Position numbers and translations under genes: made by a program. Below the pieces are notes generated by a model that worked only from the letters and a program-made list of their open reading frames with translations, made no database searches and had not been told where the DNA came from. Source: Octopus vulgaris (lineage: Eukaryota). From it: a stretch of 64,000 bases of DNA. The stretch covers positions 62,744,001 to 62,808,000 of the forward strand of contig OX597822.1 of assembly GCA_951406725.2 (NCBI GenBank). The letters are read 5' to 3'. Each line of letters begins with the position of its first letter. Position 1 is the stretch's first letter. Shown here one piece after another: positions 24,129 through 38,609 of the stretch.

Positions 24129-25253
24129 GAGGGGTTGGACAAAATAATGGAAACAGCTTAAAATTTGAAACATTTATTTCAATATGGGGTACGACCGCCT
24201 TTGGCAGTAATTACAGCTTGAATTCTACGAGGTATGGACTCGCACTAAGTTTGAATTGTTTTCAAAGGAATTTTTGTCCATTCTTTAGCTAAAACAGTCT
24301 CCAGTTCTTGTAGTGATGATGATGGAGGATATCAATTCCTTACTTGTTTTTTTTCTAAAATGCACCATAAATGTTCAATAATATTGGGATCTGGGGGCTG
24401 AGGTATCTAGATAAGATGTTCAACTTCACTAGAATGTTCTTCGTGTCATTCAGTAACATCTTTAGCTGTGTGAATTGGTGCATTATCATCCTGAAAGATT
24501 GCGTTTTCTTCCGGAATTTGATCAAATAAAATGCTTAAATAGACCTGACTATTAATTCTGCCATGAAGGGAAACAAATGGGCCGACGGATTTCCAAGATA
24601 TAGCACCCCCCCCCCCCGATCATCACAGATCCTCCTCCATGTTTAACTGGCCGGTGGTCGGAAATAAGGTGCCAATTATGTAGGTTTTTACTCCATTCTA
24701 AACGCTTGGTAACATTTGTTTTTGAAAGTAGTGGCTTTCTGATTGCACCCCTCCCGTGAAATCCGACTTTGTGCAGCTCCCGACGAACTGTTTTTGTGGA
24801 AACTGTGTTCTCGAGGTGGTCATTAAGCTCTGCAGTAACTTTGGGAGCAGTACTTTCGTGATCCTTTCTAACAATTCGTGTAAGTGTCCGACGGAGTGTT
24901 GTTTCAACGAGGAGGTTTTTCCCCTCTTTCTCAAAGGCAGTCATTACTTTCGAGACAGTACTTCTTGAGACACCAAACATTTCGGCTATTTTCGTTGCGC
25001 TAACGCCTGCCATACGAGCACCAACAATTTGAACTCTTTGAAAGTCCGATAGATCTGTCATTCTAATGAATTTTAATTACCTATTTTCTGATGATATCTG
25101 AAAAGAAACAGCAATTTTAGCAAAACATATCAAGCAACACTAACAACAAATAAAGAAAAACATTAAAATAAAGAAGCTTTTGACGGCTTTAAAGCTACTT
25201 CAAAATTATGATGGTATGATGCTAGGTGTTTCCATTATTTTGTCCAACCACTT
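24129..25253 (-). mobile_element. Tc1-family DNA transposon with a disrupted transposase
   Basis: ~30-bp TIRs (GGGGTTGGACAAAATAATGGAAACA / TGTTTCCATTATTTTGTCCAACC) with TA on both flanks. Minus ORF from 25061 encodes a paired-like HTH and VKHGGGSVM, then FQDDNAPIH and PDPNIIEHLW in other frames. Confidence 0.92.
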
Positions 25254-25297
25254 TATATATATATATATATATAAATAATTGAAAAAATTTTGAGTCA

Positions 25298-25506
25298 AAT
25301 TTTGGCAGAGGGCTAGCAAGTTTGTGGTGGGGTTAAATCAATTACATCGAACCCAATGTTCAATTGATACTTATTTTATCGACCTCGAAAGGATGAAAGG
25401 CAAAGTCGACCACGGCGGAATTCAAAGTCAGACTTCAAGGCGGACGAAATACCGCTAAGAATTTTGTCCGGCGTGCGTGCTAACTATTCTGCCAGCTCAG
25501 CGCCTT
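25298..25506 (-). mobile_element. SINE family B
   Basis: ATCGACCTCGAAAGGATGAAAGGCAAAGTCGACC...TTCTGCCAGCTC. Confidence 0.8.
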
Positions 25507-26599
25507 GATATATATATATATATATATAATGGCACCAGAAATACGCTATTGATATTATTAAAATAATTGTAATTCGATAAAATATCTAGATTTCACTTTC
25601 GGTAAGAACGAATGTTTCTAGACTTTTTTTATCATTACCACTCAACGCCCCTAACCACGATCACCATCACGAAAAGACAATGAAAACAGTCTACTACTCG
25701 CAAACATATTACATTTATCAGTTCAGAAAATCTGAACGGTGTCACTTAGAAAAATATAGATTTTTTCATTCGCATATTTAAGATAATAATTAATGCAAAA
25801 ACTGACACTTCATTGATAATTTATGTATTTAAAACTCTGCTAGGCGACAAGATACTTTCTAGATTTTTTTTTCTTTTTTGCTTGTTTTTAACGTATCACC
25901 AGATACTAGACGTCTAGAATTCTATAAATTTCAATACATTTAGTCTTTTCCATTATTCTCAAATTATATAAATAGTATATAATTCATGTTCTATTTTGAA
26001 ATCTATTGCTATTGTTAGTAATAAGCAGAAAACAAAATGGCAACATCCACAAGTGATAAGGATTTAGCAGCAGAACAAGTTATGCAAGAGATTATTATGG
26101 GCACCAATGATAGCGAGGATGAAACATCAGAGAGAAAAAAATTTGTTTTCTATTTTCGTTCAGCGTATCTGTTCTACGGTTCCCACCATCATTTTATTTT
26201 ATCTACTTCATAAACTGAAAAAAGGCCAGTCTCCATAGCCACTTAAGCTGGTGTGATCAATGCCATTAATACTTCTCGTGAACCTTTGTTAGATAGCTCC
26301 TACAGAAAAGACATGAACAGAGAGGGGTTTCAGAGTTCTACGATGGTTTGGTTAGGTGTTGTGAGTCGGGAATGCCTTGAGTAAAATTGGCATGTGATTT
26401 CGATTCTTGGACAGCTGCGATGGACTGGCGTCCTGTCCAGCTGGGGAACACGCCATAGAAACCAGGAAACCGGGCCCATGAGCCTGGCTATGCTTTAAAA
26501 GGGCGCATTTATTTATTTATTTGTTTTATAACAGTCAAGCACATCACCATTGTTGTATTACGCGGAAGTGTTTGTTCGACTAGGTGTTGCTGGCTTAAT

Positions 26600-26721
26600 T
26601 ACGCACGACTCAAGTTAGAGAAGGGGTGCATATTATATACAAGGTTTTTCAGAGGTACAGCCCCCTAAAAATCCCCTGCGTATTATACTCAAGGGCGGAC
26701 TATACTCGAAGATTTACGGTA
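26600..26721. mobile_element. Probable terminal fragment of a Tc1/mariner-pogo-type MITE
   Basis: Ends GCGGACTATACTCGAAGATTTACGGTA, resembling TACCGTA-type TIRs. No partner TIR found. Confidence 0.4.
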
Positions 26722-26729
26722 GTTGTAAT

Positions 26730-27200
26730 GCAGTCTTAGCAGTGTTAAGGAAGTGCTTTCGGTAGAAAAGATCCCTGGTAACAGAAAATATCATCATTTC
26801 GGACAATTTTCAGGCTTGTGCGCTGGTCATGACTAAACGAGATTGTGACTCGTTGATACTTTCTTGGTGTAGCTTTGAGTTCTTTCACTGTTGGAAACGT
26901 TTGCAGGGTCTCTATCAACAGTCAGTATGAATATGGTGTTTGCTGTTGAGGTTGCGATTGAGTAATGCATGGGTGGAAATATTGGAGCTGAATGAAGGTC
27001 AGTAGTATCTGAGTAACTGTGGGTGTTGTTGGGTGTGGCGTCAAATAACTCAACGAATAAGATAAGGCAGAGGACAAGGACGAAAATCAAAATTGGCGGC
27101 ACGCTGGAGTTGAGAGAACAGCGATGGTGTGGTCAGATAGGAAGCTACAATCCAAGACTTGATTCACTTGGTAAGATTGCATCTGTGATGGACAGTAGTT
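26730..27200 (-). pseudogene. CR1/L2-group LINE reverse transcriptase fragment
   Basis: ORF 26833..27102 contains LILFVELFDATPNNTHSYSDTTDLHS, a decayed LF..F...L....HSYADDT.LHS motif. Confidence 0.5.
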
Positions 27201-27499
27201 CGTAGATTATTCGCTCATACAAAAGTATATTTTATTCACTAACCCTATAGATTCTAGGCAAACAACGTATTATTGAGTATTGTGACGAGAATTACAGAAT
27301 AGACATAGAGGAAAAGTAACTAAAGCTGTATTTTGCTTGGCTTTTCTTGAAATTTCTAACCCCGTTCAAATGCAATTCTGAAAGTAACTTCGAATTCAAG
27401 TGTCGGAACTGATGAAATGAGGACGAAAAGGAAGACGCGCAATCATAGGTATTTATAACTACCAAATGAATGCTTGATATAGCAAGTATCTTGTTTTTG

Positions 27500-29130
27500 A
27501 ACCGATCGATGTAAATGTCTGACAGCTTTCAGAAACATTTTGTCGATCACAACCAATCGGAAGTCCACATTGCTGTTTTAACTGCAGGAAGAAATACTAG
27601 TGAATATGAACTTAGAAAATCATTTAACACCATGGATGTTTCTTACTTAGAGACTAGTTATTTAATGCTTCGTTCTGCAAATTATTTAGCTTATAATCAC
27701 TGTCCATACTTTGATCAGCTTATCATAGTAGAACTTCAAAAGGAAAATAGTGTTAACATGGAAAGTGGACAACGGTCTTGTACCAGTACTGCCCATATAA
27801 TTAATCACATAGCCATTAATATGAAAATGAAAATTTGTTATCATATAAGCTGATAATTGGCAAAATTGCAGTTATTGATGACTCAACAAGCTTGAGCATT
27901 AAGCTAGCCTAATGGTTTATTTGAAACATAGAAGTATTACGGAGGGTAAACCCCATTTATATATAGACCTAATTGAACTGCCTACTCAGAAAACTGCGAC
28001 TACGTCTAAGCATCTGCTGAACTGTCGCATCAACCATTGGTTTGATGACTTTTAATTGAAAAAGAACCTCGTATCATTTGCTGTGATGAGGTCGAAGCAA
28101 TGGTGATGCAACAATTCTTAAGGGGCATTATCGTGATGTGATAATTTGGCATGGTCTTAATTAAAAATTAGGAGTTGCAGAAAGTAATCCTATGTTAAAC
28201 GTTTGTGAAATTAATAATTTTCAATAAATTATGGGCAAATATTCTAGTCTAGAAAACCTTCAAACGAAAGAGAATTGTTTGAATGTCTCTCTTAACTAGA
28301 ATTACAAATTTTCAAACGTGATCTGGATATCAACGGTGGGTACCAAGTTGGTTTCGAACAATTTCAAAAGTGTGTCAAAATTATAAAACCCTGTGTTTTC
28401 ATTGTGACAGAATATAGAAAGGTGAGATTGGATCCGCGAGTGAGAGAAAAAGACATATGGAGAAATGTTGAAGAGACTCTCTTTAGAATAGTTTTTATTG
28501 GATTTAGCTTTAACATATGACACGTTGCATGAACTTGATTTATTGTCAGAATGTTTATGTCTACACAAATGCACTACTACCATTGTTCATGCAAACAAAT
28601 TAATCCACTAGAGAATTAGATTACTGTAAGAATTGAAAGAGAAGCCTGACACAAAACCTCTAGAAGTTCACGATGCATTTCAAAAGAAGTTTGGAACAAA
28701 ATTACTTGAACAAATAACAACTCACTTGTCTCCATTAATCATATAGTTTCTTATTAAGTCTTATAACACAATTTATAGCATTCTATGTTTACAGCAACAT
28801 CCTTGAAAGGTTCTCAAACTTCTTAACCTCAACTATGTAGAAACCAATACAAAATGAAACGTGCGTCCTGATAAATGTAATATCCAGTTGAAATATTGCC
28901 TAATTAAGGAGAAACTGCAATGCCATTGCTCTGTAAGAAGTTTCAGGATTTTCTTCATTTGTAATGAATGTCGTGTATAATTATGTGATGAATCTTCGAT
29001 GCGTATACCCCAAGGCTTGCGTCCAATATTGAGCAGTTTATGATTTATTCCAATAATACTGTTGAGTGTGAGCGAGAATTCAGTTACGTGAATTGGATTA
29101 CAACTTCACATCCAAGAATTGTCATAATTT
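27500..29130 (+). pseudogene. Decayed hAT transposase, KIAA1586-like
   Basis: YLAYNHCPY...VELQKENSVNM...IINHIAINMKMKI, then KIAVIDDST (~27860), IIWH (~28140) and ECER.FS in the dimerization domain (~29060). Many stops. Confidence 0.65.
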
Positions 29131-30187
29131 GTGTATTAACTCTTACGCTCCTTAAATTATGATGACCTTTTCTAGTTCAGTGACAGCGTGGGCCGTGGAG
29201 CACATAAAGATTGTGTTAACACAGATCAGCAGATGGTGACATCAGAAAGTCCATATACAAAATACTTAAAATTATATTCAGACCATTTGGTAGGTTCGTA
29301 GTTCCTTCTAAATTTTAGGTTAAATACACGGTTAACACTTCTTGATTTGCTTGTTTGAGTTTTATATTTTATAATAATTAGTGAATGAAACTTCCTCTGT
29401 GCAACTGTGCAATACAATGTAATATTAAATAATGTATGTTGTTTGATTTCCACACTGAAGCTCTTAAATATAATGATTGGCAATGAACTTGTTAATGTTG
29501 TAACTATTAATGGTAGTTACCTGTGACATATTCAGAGAGATGAGATGTAAGAAATGGCGAGAATTTGCCAGCTCCGACACCTAAAATAAATAACTCTGTA
29601 TACCTGTTTCAGGTTGTGAAAATCAACGGGCAAGTTGTACTCTTTTCTAGCAGAGCATATAAAAATTACTCCCTCGAACAAATACGAGAGACGTAAACCA
29701 AACCCATGTAAAACAACATGTGAAGAATCCATCAGACTGTTTCGATCCAGTATTTTGTATTACATTTTCTGTAAGGAGGGTGGGACAAAAATATCATTCT
29801 ATTTTATTGACTATTACTCTAGACTTTTCTGTGAGTCTGTTGACTTCGAATGTGCATTGTGCTTTGCCGAGTGGGTGAGTTAAAAGTCTTGTGGAGTTGA
29901 GGATATAGAAGGCCAGTGCTGACTATCTTGTCTGAACTTTGTTTGACTTTAAAATGGAAATGACATTGCTACAAAAGATAACCTTGGTCGAAGTTACGGC
30001 AATGCCAGCAACACAAGTGACAAAAACAGTAGAATACAGAAACAAATTAAAGCGCTGAATGAGTTTTCGGATTAAATCTCTTCACAAAATTTGACTGAAA
30101 AATGAGATCCTAAATGCTGTGAGGGAGCGTTAAGTTTCTTTGCATATGTACCCTTACATTTTTCAAGTAAAAGGAAAAACTGTCTAC

Positions 30188-30573
30188 TATTTTACTTGTT
30201 TCAGTCATTTGACTGTGGCCATGCTGGAGCACCGCTTTTAGTCGAGCAAATCGACCCTAGGACTTATTCTTCTTTGTAAGCCTAGTACTTATTCTATCGG
30301 TCTCTTTTGCCGAACCGCTAAGTTACGGTGACGTAAACACACCAGCATCGGTTGTCAAGCGATGTTGGGGGGACAAACACAGACTCACAAAAATATACAT
30401 ACACATATATACATACATATATACGACGGGCTTCTTTCAGTTTCCGTCTACAAAATCCACTCACAAGGCTTTGGTCGATCAAAGACACTTGCCCAAGGTG
30501 CCACGCAGTGGGACTGAACCCGGAACCATGTGGTTGGTAAACAAGCTATTTACCACACAGCCACTCCTACGCC
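30188..30573 (-). mobile_element. SINE family A, near full length
   Basis: Reverse complement of 61271-61670. Confidence 0.9.
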
Positions 30574-31295
30574 TACGTCTAAATATATATATGTATTATT
30601 TTTTCAGTTTAAGGCCCTTATACCATACACCCTGTGTTCTCTTAAACCTTATCTGAAAAACAATAATAATGTTTCACATTTCGATACAGGTCAGTAATTT
30701 CAGGAGAGTGTAAAGTTGATTACATCAACCTCGGTATTCAACTTGCATTTATTTTATTCACCCCAAAAAGATGAAAGTTAAAATCAACTTCGGGGAAATT
30801 TGAACCCAACGCATAAAGGAGTGGAAGAGACGTTGCTAAGTATTTTCTACACGTGTTTCAAATTTTGGCACATGTCCAATAATTTTAGGGAGAGTTGAGT
30901 TAATCGATACGATTCGACCCCCATCACTTCATTTTATCGGTCTGATGGACCTTTTAAACAAGCAGTACAGAGTGGCCTATATAATTATACGAAGGAATTT
31001 AGGCAGGAGCTTAACAATCTTCAAATATTGATAATGATGATGACTTTTGATTTAAAGACAAGGTCAGTGACTCTGACGAGAGGAATTATTCTATAAAAAT
31101 TACTCCAGTACTTGACTAGTACTTTATTTTATTGACACCGGAGGAATGATAAACAAAGTTATCTACAGCAAGATTTGAACTTAGAACTCATAGATCCGAA
31201 GGATGTAATATAAAACATATTATCGGACGCTGTAATATTTCTGTCAAAACTGCTTTTAATAACTTTTTCCAAAACAAGCACAAAGCTAGCAATAT

Positions 31296-31680
31296 TCTTT
31301 TTTACTCTAGGCACAAGGCACGAAATTTTGTGGGAGGCGACCTGTAGATTAGATCGACCCGAGTATGCAACTGGTACTTAATTTATCGACCCCGAAGGGA
31401 TGAAAGGCAAATTCGACCACGGTGGAATTTGAACTCAGAACGTAAAGACAAACGAAATACCTATTTCCTTACTGCCCACAAAGGGCTACACATAGAGGGG
31501 ACAAACAAGGGCAGGCAAACGGATTAAGTCGATTATATCGACCCCAGTGCGTAACTGGTACTTATTTAATCGACCTCGAGTGGATGAAAGGCAAAGTCGA
31601 CCTCGGCGGAATTTGAACTCAGAATGTAGCGGCAGACAAAATACCTATTTCTTTACTACCCACAAGGAGATAAACACATT
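31296..31680 (-). mobile_element. SINE family B with tandem units
   Basis: Two GGATGAAAGGCAAA.TCGACC...GGAATTTGAACTCAGAA units. Confidence 0.85.
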
Positions 31681-32355
31681 TCAGTTCCGTTTAGCATAAA
31701 CCATAGCATATAATCCAGATTTATACAGTGAAGTTAAAATATCATTGTAATTGTTTTATCACTTGTAACTACTCCTAGACCGGAAATTTTTTGCTACATG
31801 TGTATATACACACACACAACTTGATGCTCATATACACACACAAATTCATGCATTTATACATACGCATACATGTGTATATATAATTACATATATGTATAGA
31901 TATAGATGTGCGTGTGTATTGTATATATTTTACGTACACTTACGTACATATATACATATGTGTGTAGGAGGAGGACAAACATTAATTACATTAGATCTCG
32001 ATCACGAAAAGAGAGAGCGGGGTGAAGAGAGACAGAGATGAGGAGCTTAAAGAAAGGGAAGAAATATTTATAGTATTATGTCATTAACTACAACGAGACA
32101 AGGAAGTTAAACTACATTCGCGTTTGACCTACAAAACTTAGCAGCCAAATCATTATCTGACGAAATGAGTAGGGTGATCTCGTAAGTCCTACATATATGT
32201 CTGAATAATACATGAGGTGCTCTTGGTTGAAACGTTGAGACGTTTTCTTTTAGAAGCCCAGGCTATCGTATGTGACCTGTGGTTAAATAACAACTGACTC
32301 AAGATTATTCTGTACTCACAAACAATTCTAGCAGCAGAAAAAATAATAGAGCCAT

Positions 32356-32712
32356 TACTCTTTACTCTCTCTTTTATTGTTTCAGTCATGTGACTGTGGC
32401 CATGCTGGAGCACCACCTTTAGTCGAGCAAATTGACCCCAGGACTTATCTTTTGTTAACCTAGTACTTATTCTATCGGTCACTTTTGCCGAACCCCTAAG
32501 TTACGGGGACGTAAACACACCAGCATCGGTTGTCAAGCGATGTTGGGGGTACAAACACAGACACACAAACATATACACAGACATACATATATACGACGAG
32601 CTTCTTTCAGTTTCCGTCTACTAAATCCACTCACAAGGCTTTGGTCGGGCCGAGGCTATAGTAGAAGACACTTGCCCAAGGTACCACGCAGTGGAACTGA
32701 ACCCTGAACCAT
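32356..32712 (-). mobile_element. SINE family A, slightly 5'-truncated
   Basis: Near-identical to 30188-30573. Confidence 0.9.
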
Positions 32713-32984
32713 CAAATTGGCTTCGGTTGTCGAAAATGATTGTAGAAGACTTTTCAAAGAATATGCTAAGGGAGTTAAGAAATGAGGATAAAGAATAAAA
32801 AGATTAAACTGATGTTGTTTAATTTTGCCTTTGTTGTTTTGTATACGAATATAGTATAGTATGTAGCTTGATACACGTAACGTAATAAATATATGCATAT
32901 CTCCGATAATGTAAGGTGCAAAAAACTTATAATCTTCGACAAACTTTCTTACCACACGGCCACGCTTGTTTATATTCTGTTTTT

Positions 32985-33371
32985 CTAGCAGTATCGCCCG
33001 GCGTTGCTCGGGTTTGTTTCGACCCTTTAGAATTGGAATTTTTGAAAAGTAAAAATTTTCTATTATGTAGCTTGTTATTCTCTTTAAGTGAACATTTTTC
33101 TGGTTGAAATACACCGAAAAGTGGCGACACAGCAGTAAAAAAAATTGTAAAAGATAGGGATTTTCAAAGAAAAAAAACACCTTTTTGATGTAAATAATTT
33201 TTGGTCTTAACATGGTCTTAACATGGTCCGATTCTACGGAAGGAAGAGCAAGCCTTCTTCTATCATACTCTCAATTTTGGCCAACTTGCACCGCAGGGTC
33301 TCGGATGAGATAGTGTAAGTTGAAGGCTACCAAACCAGCCATACACAGACAACTTCAGCTTTATATATAGA
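32985..33371 (-). mobile_element. Non-autonomous Helitron
   Basis: Minus strand starts TCTATATATAAA and ends with the hairpin CCCGAGCAACGCCGGG followed ~8 nt later by CTAG. Confidence 0.75.
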
Positions 33372-34037
33372 AAGGTAATATTGCGTCGAGTAATCACTGA
33401 TGTCTATGTCTGTTCATGAAAAGAAATCGCTCTATCTTAAAGTGACGACATTTAAGTTGGCGACGATTTAAGTCAACGGCAATAAATCAAGATAAACAAC
33501 GTAATCGAGATTAAAGATAAAGAAATTGAGGAAGATGATGGCGAGTTTGAGATCGGCTTCGATAAGATATTGGTTGGAACATGACGAATCTAAGGAGGAA
33601 ACCCTTTGTGTCGTTAAACATTATAATACAATGAAAACAGCTAGCCGGAAGACAAGTACAAATAGAAGTCACAGCGAGTATGTAACACATTTAAAATGGA
33701 GAGAAATTGGAATGCATTATAATGTTTATATTTCAATAAACCGAAAGTTTCCGTTGAAACATCAAATTTCATGCACCCTGCAAACCTTTTTCCGTGTGTA
33801 TATGTTTGTGTGTGTGTGAGAGTATGCATGTATTTATAATATACACACACACGCGTGGATTGCACGTTTCTCTTAACTATAATCTGAATCCACATGAATA
33901 GTGTATCGAGAATTCAGCCCACAGAAGACTAAACTATATATTATATGATTTAGTCTACTCAGCGCTGAATTCTCTCTCGATACACGCTTCATGTTGCTTC
34001 AGATTACAGTACCGAAAAACGTGTGGTCGACGCGCGC

Positions 34038-35520
<1,483 letters not shown>

Positions 35521-35827
35521 TGCTTATTTACATACAGCTCTAAGCTTATTGGAATGTAATGTTTTAAAGATCAGTCAAATTTTTCTCTGTTATAGATGTG
35601 TCATATACTTCCTGAGTCATTCTATTGTACATGACTTCGCATTGACTATTATTTTTGTGTAATTATTTATTTTTGTAATTGTATGTCACATTTTCCCCAT
35701 AAATTCTTCAATATCAAAATAAATTTGCCATCGTCACCCCGCAGTTCCGTTTTCTTCAGACTCGACTACGTTGTTGTATATTTTGACTTTATGTAATTCA
35801 ACTTTACATTTTGTCATCATCATTATC

Positions 35828-35828
35828 A

Positions 35829-35927
<99 letters not shown>

Positions 35928-35930
35928 GTA

Positions 35931-35975
<45 letters not shown>
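35828..35975. repeat. (CT)n-(TA)n compound microsatellite
   Basis: Directly visible. Confidence 0.95.
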
Positions 35976-35981
<6 letters not shown>

Positions 35982-36225
35982 ATGATATACACACACAAGG
36001 GTATGTATGATTGTATATAGAAGAATGTATTACTCAAAGTATTTCAAACTTTGTCTGATTTTCACGTTTTATTTACAATCTTATAATATAATGAAATGAT
36101 AGAATATTAAATGTCCATTCTGATTGAACTATTACTTTCATGCATTAAACTATGCAATCTTCAGGTTCATGTAGTAGTGGGGACACTTATATTTTACAAT
36201 TTCTATATAATATATATATATATAT

Positions 36226-36572
36226 AAATTATAATAGTAGGGAATATAATTCAATTTTGCAATTGTAAATCAAATTTCCCAATATATAATATATGGATAT
36301 AATTTAGAGAGAAACCTCTATTAATCAATTCAATATTGAAAGACGTTAGTCACACCATATAGAAAAAGTCAGATATACTATATAAAACATTATTCTAAAA
36401 ATCAATAAAGTACATAAACTATAACTAGTAAATAGTCTATTTACTATTTATTGTTCATGTACTCTATTGATTTTATTTTTAGAATAATGTTTTATATAGT
36501 ACGTTTAACTTTTTCTATATGGTGTGACTAAAGTCTTTCACTACTGAATTGATTAATAAAGGTTTTTCTGTA

Positions 36573-36580
<8 letters not shown>
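36226..36580 (-). mobile_element. TA-inserted palindromic element related to 8046-8850
   Basis: Arms ~36298-36435 and 36437-36580 fold back around TAGTAAATAG-T-CTATTTACTA. The left tail (TAGGGAAT..AAATCAAATTT..TTAGAGAGAAACC.CTATT) resembles the reverse complement of 8740-8850. Confidence 0.7.
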
Positions 36581-36617
<37 letters not shown>

Positions 36618-36618
<1 letters not shown>

Positions 36619-37435
36619 GAGTTCTGATCAATAAATATCCGGACTGTTGCTATAGTAACGAAGCTAAAACACAGAGTGTAAAGCCGCCTTGTACAGTAAG
36701 TTTTAACGTTCTAGCTCACTTCCTCTGTTTACAGCAGAGCATGGAATAACGTGTAACTTGTGATCGTCGCATTGGCCATGACAGAGACAATTGACCTGGA
36801 GATGCCTGTTCAAAAGCCTATGCAAAATGTATGGAGAGGAGTGTATGAGTTATACACAAGCATACGAGTGGTTCAGATGTTTCCAAGATGGCCGAAAAAA
36901 TGTCGATAGTGACGAACTTCTGGAGACCCGCAACCAGCAGAACTGAGAAAAACATTGCAGATGTGCGTGCAGCACTGAGGGGAAGTCGTCGACTCAACAT
37001 CTGTGAGTTATCAGAAGATGTGTAGATTAGTTACGGTTCAGTTCAGTTCATTATACCTGAAGATTTGGGCATGCGACGCATGTCTGCCAAGTTTGTGTCA
37101 AAACTGCTTTCAACTGACCAAAAAGACACTCGGGTCTCAGTTTCACAAGATCTCCTTGGTTGTGTTGAGGATGAGGAAAACTTTTTGAAAACTTTGCGTA
37201 GGCCTCTGAGCAGGTAACGCCAAGCTTTTGGCCAAATTTGATGCAGATTCTCTGCTCAACTTTCTCTGTCGTGGTCAATGCTCTGACCACACGTTACATT
37301 ACTTCCAAGCACAACCGTAAACAGCGGAAGTGAGTCAGAGCGTTAAAACTTAGTGCGCATGCACAGCAGAGGTCAGGGTCAATATGTGCCAAGCGGCTTT
37401 ACTCTGCGTGCTTTAACTTCGTCACTATGGCAACA
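36618..37435. mobile_element. Mariner-derived element made of two converging 5' halves
   Basis: Plus strand ~36780-37190 encodes YEWFRCFQDGR...DLGMRRMSAKFVSKLL (mariner N-terminus). Minus strand 37290-37190 encodes EKVEQRICIKF...KLG...EAYAK. Both ends carry the same 5' leader. Confidence 0.8.
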
Positions 37436-37454
37436 TAAGTGGGCTTACGAGGGA

Positions 37455-37610
37455 GGGGTGAGAATTTACAAAGAAACAAAAGACGAAAACGGGTGGTAAA
37501 CAACAAACAGATGGGAAGTGAGAAAAATCTTTTATGTTTCGAGCCTATGCTCTTCGATAGAAAGGAACACAGAAATAAACAGGGAGAGAAAATAAACGGA
37601 ATGATAGAAT
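37455..37610 (-). mobile_element. Short element with a degenerate hammerhead-like motif (PLE terminal-repeat-like)
   Basis: Minus strand CTATCGA-A-GAGC(atag)GCTC-GAAA-CA-TA-AAAGA at 37528-37564. Confidence 0.4.
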
Positions 37611-37769
37611 ACGTGTGTGTGTGTTTACACAAATATATGTGTATATGCATATTTATATAGAGAGAAGTGTGAATGTATGCTTCGCTAATTCTGTAAAATG
37701 TTTGAAATGCATTGTTCTCGTTGATATATAAAGTGCTATCTACATCTATTTGGTACAAATTCAATCGGG

Positions 37770-38025
37770 CCCTATTGCCGAACTGCTAAGTTATGGAAGC
37801 TTAACAAACAGCTCTACAATCGGTAGTGGTACAAACAGAAACACAAGTGCACAAACATACGCACACTCACACATAGACAGACAGGCAGACAGCAAGGCTT
37901 TCCACACAGTTTCCGTCAACCAAATTCGCTCGGGACTAAGGTAGATAACACTTGACCAACGTACTGCGCAATTGTATTAAGCACGAGATGACGTGGTTAC
38001 AAAACCAGCTTTATTAACCACACAT
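37770..38025 (-). mobile_element. SINE family A, degraded
   Basis: TTGCCGAACTGCTAAGTTA...CAGTTTCCGTC...ACACTTGACCAA...ACCACAC. Confidence 0.65.
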
Positions 38026-38402
38026 CTATGTTTGCGAGAATATATACATGTATATTCTTATATATGTATACATATATTTATATGCATATATGTACGTAAA
38101 TAGCTTCATAGAGATAATATTATTCTACATACAAGCATGCGTTTCAATGTGACTGTATCTATATGTGTATTTCTGTGCGTACAACTCCTTTATAAAGTAT
38201 TCATTCTTCAAGTATATTAATTTACGTACGTGACAAATTTTTAATAACTTAATGGAAAAATCGATATCTAATGTATGAAATTTCCGCTGATATGTATATC
38301 AATGTTTGTGTTTATAACGGAATAACCTGTGAGCGTGCTTACTTATGGAATTATGCAATTTTTTAAATGTATATATTTGTATTCTCGTATGTATATAGAC
38401 AT

Positions 38403-38456
<54 letters not shown>

Positions 38457-38587
38457 ATCTGTGTTCAGGTATGTGTAATGGAACACATACATAATTCATA
38501 CTTATATACATCCGTACATTCACATACATGTATGTATACCCACTGAAATATCGCAAGGGGAGAAATTCGAATAATTATTAAGCAGAA

Positions 38588-38609
38588 ATTATTATTATTA
38601 TTATTATTA

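Noticed and set aside
26037-26140. Short acidic reading frame (MATSTSDKD...DSEDETSE) as a gene or piggyBac start
   Set aside because: Too short, with no downstream domain or TTAA-bounded TIR found.
27405-27435. CTGATGA...GAAA hammerhead-like spacing
   Set aside because: No stem II, stem III or stem I pairing.
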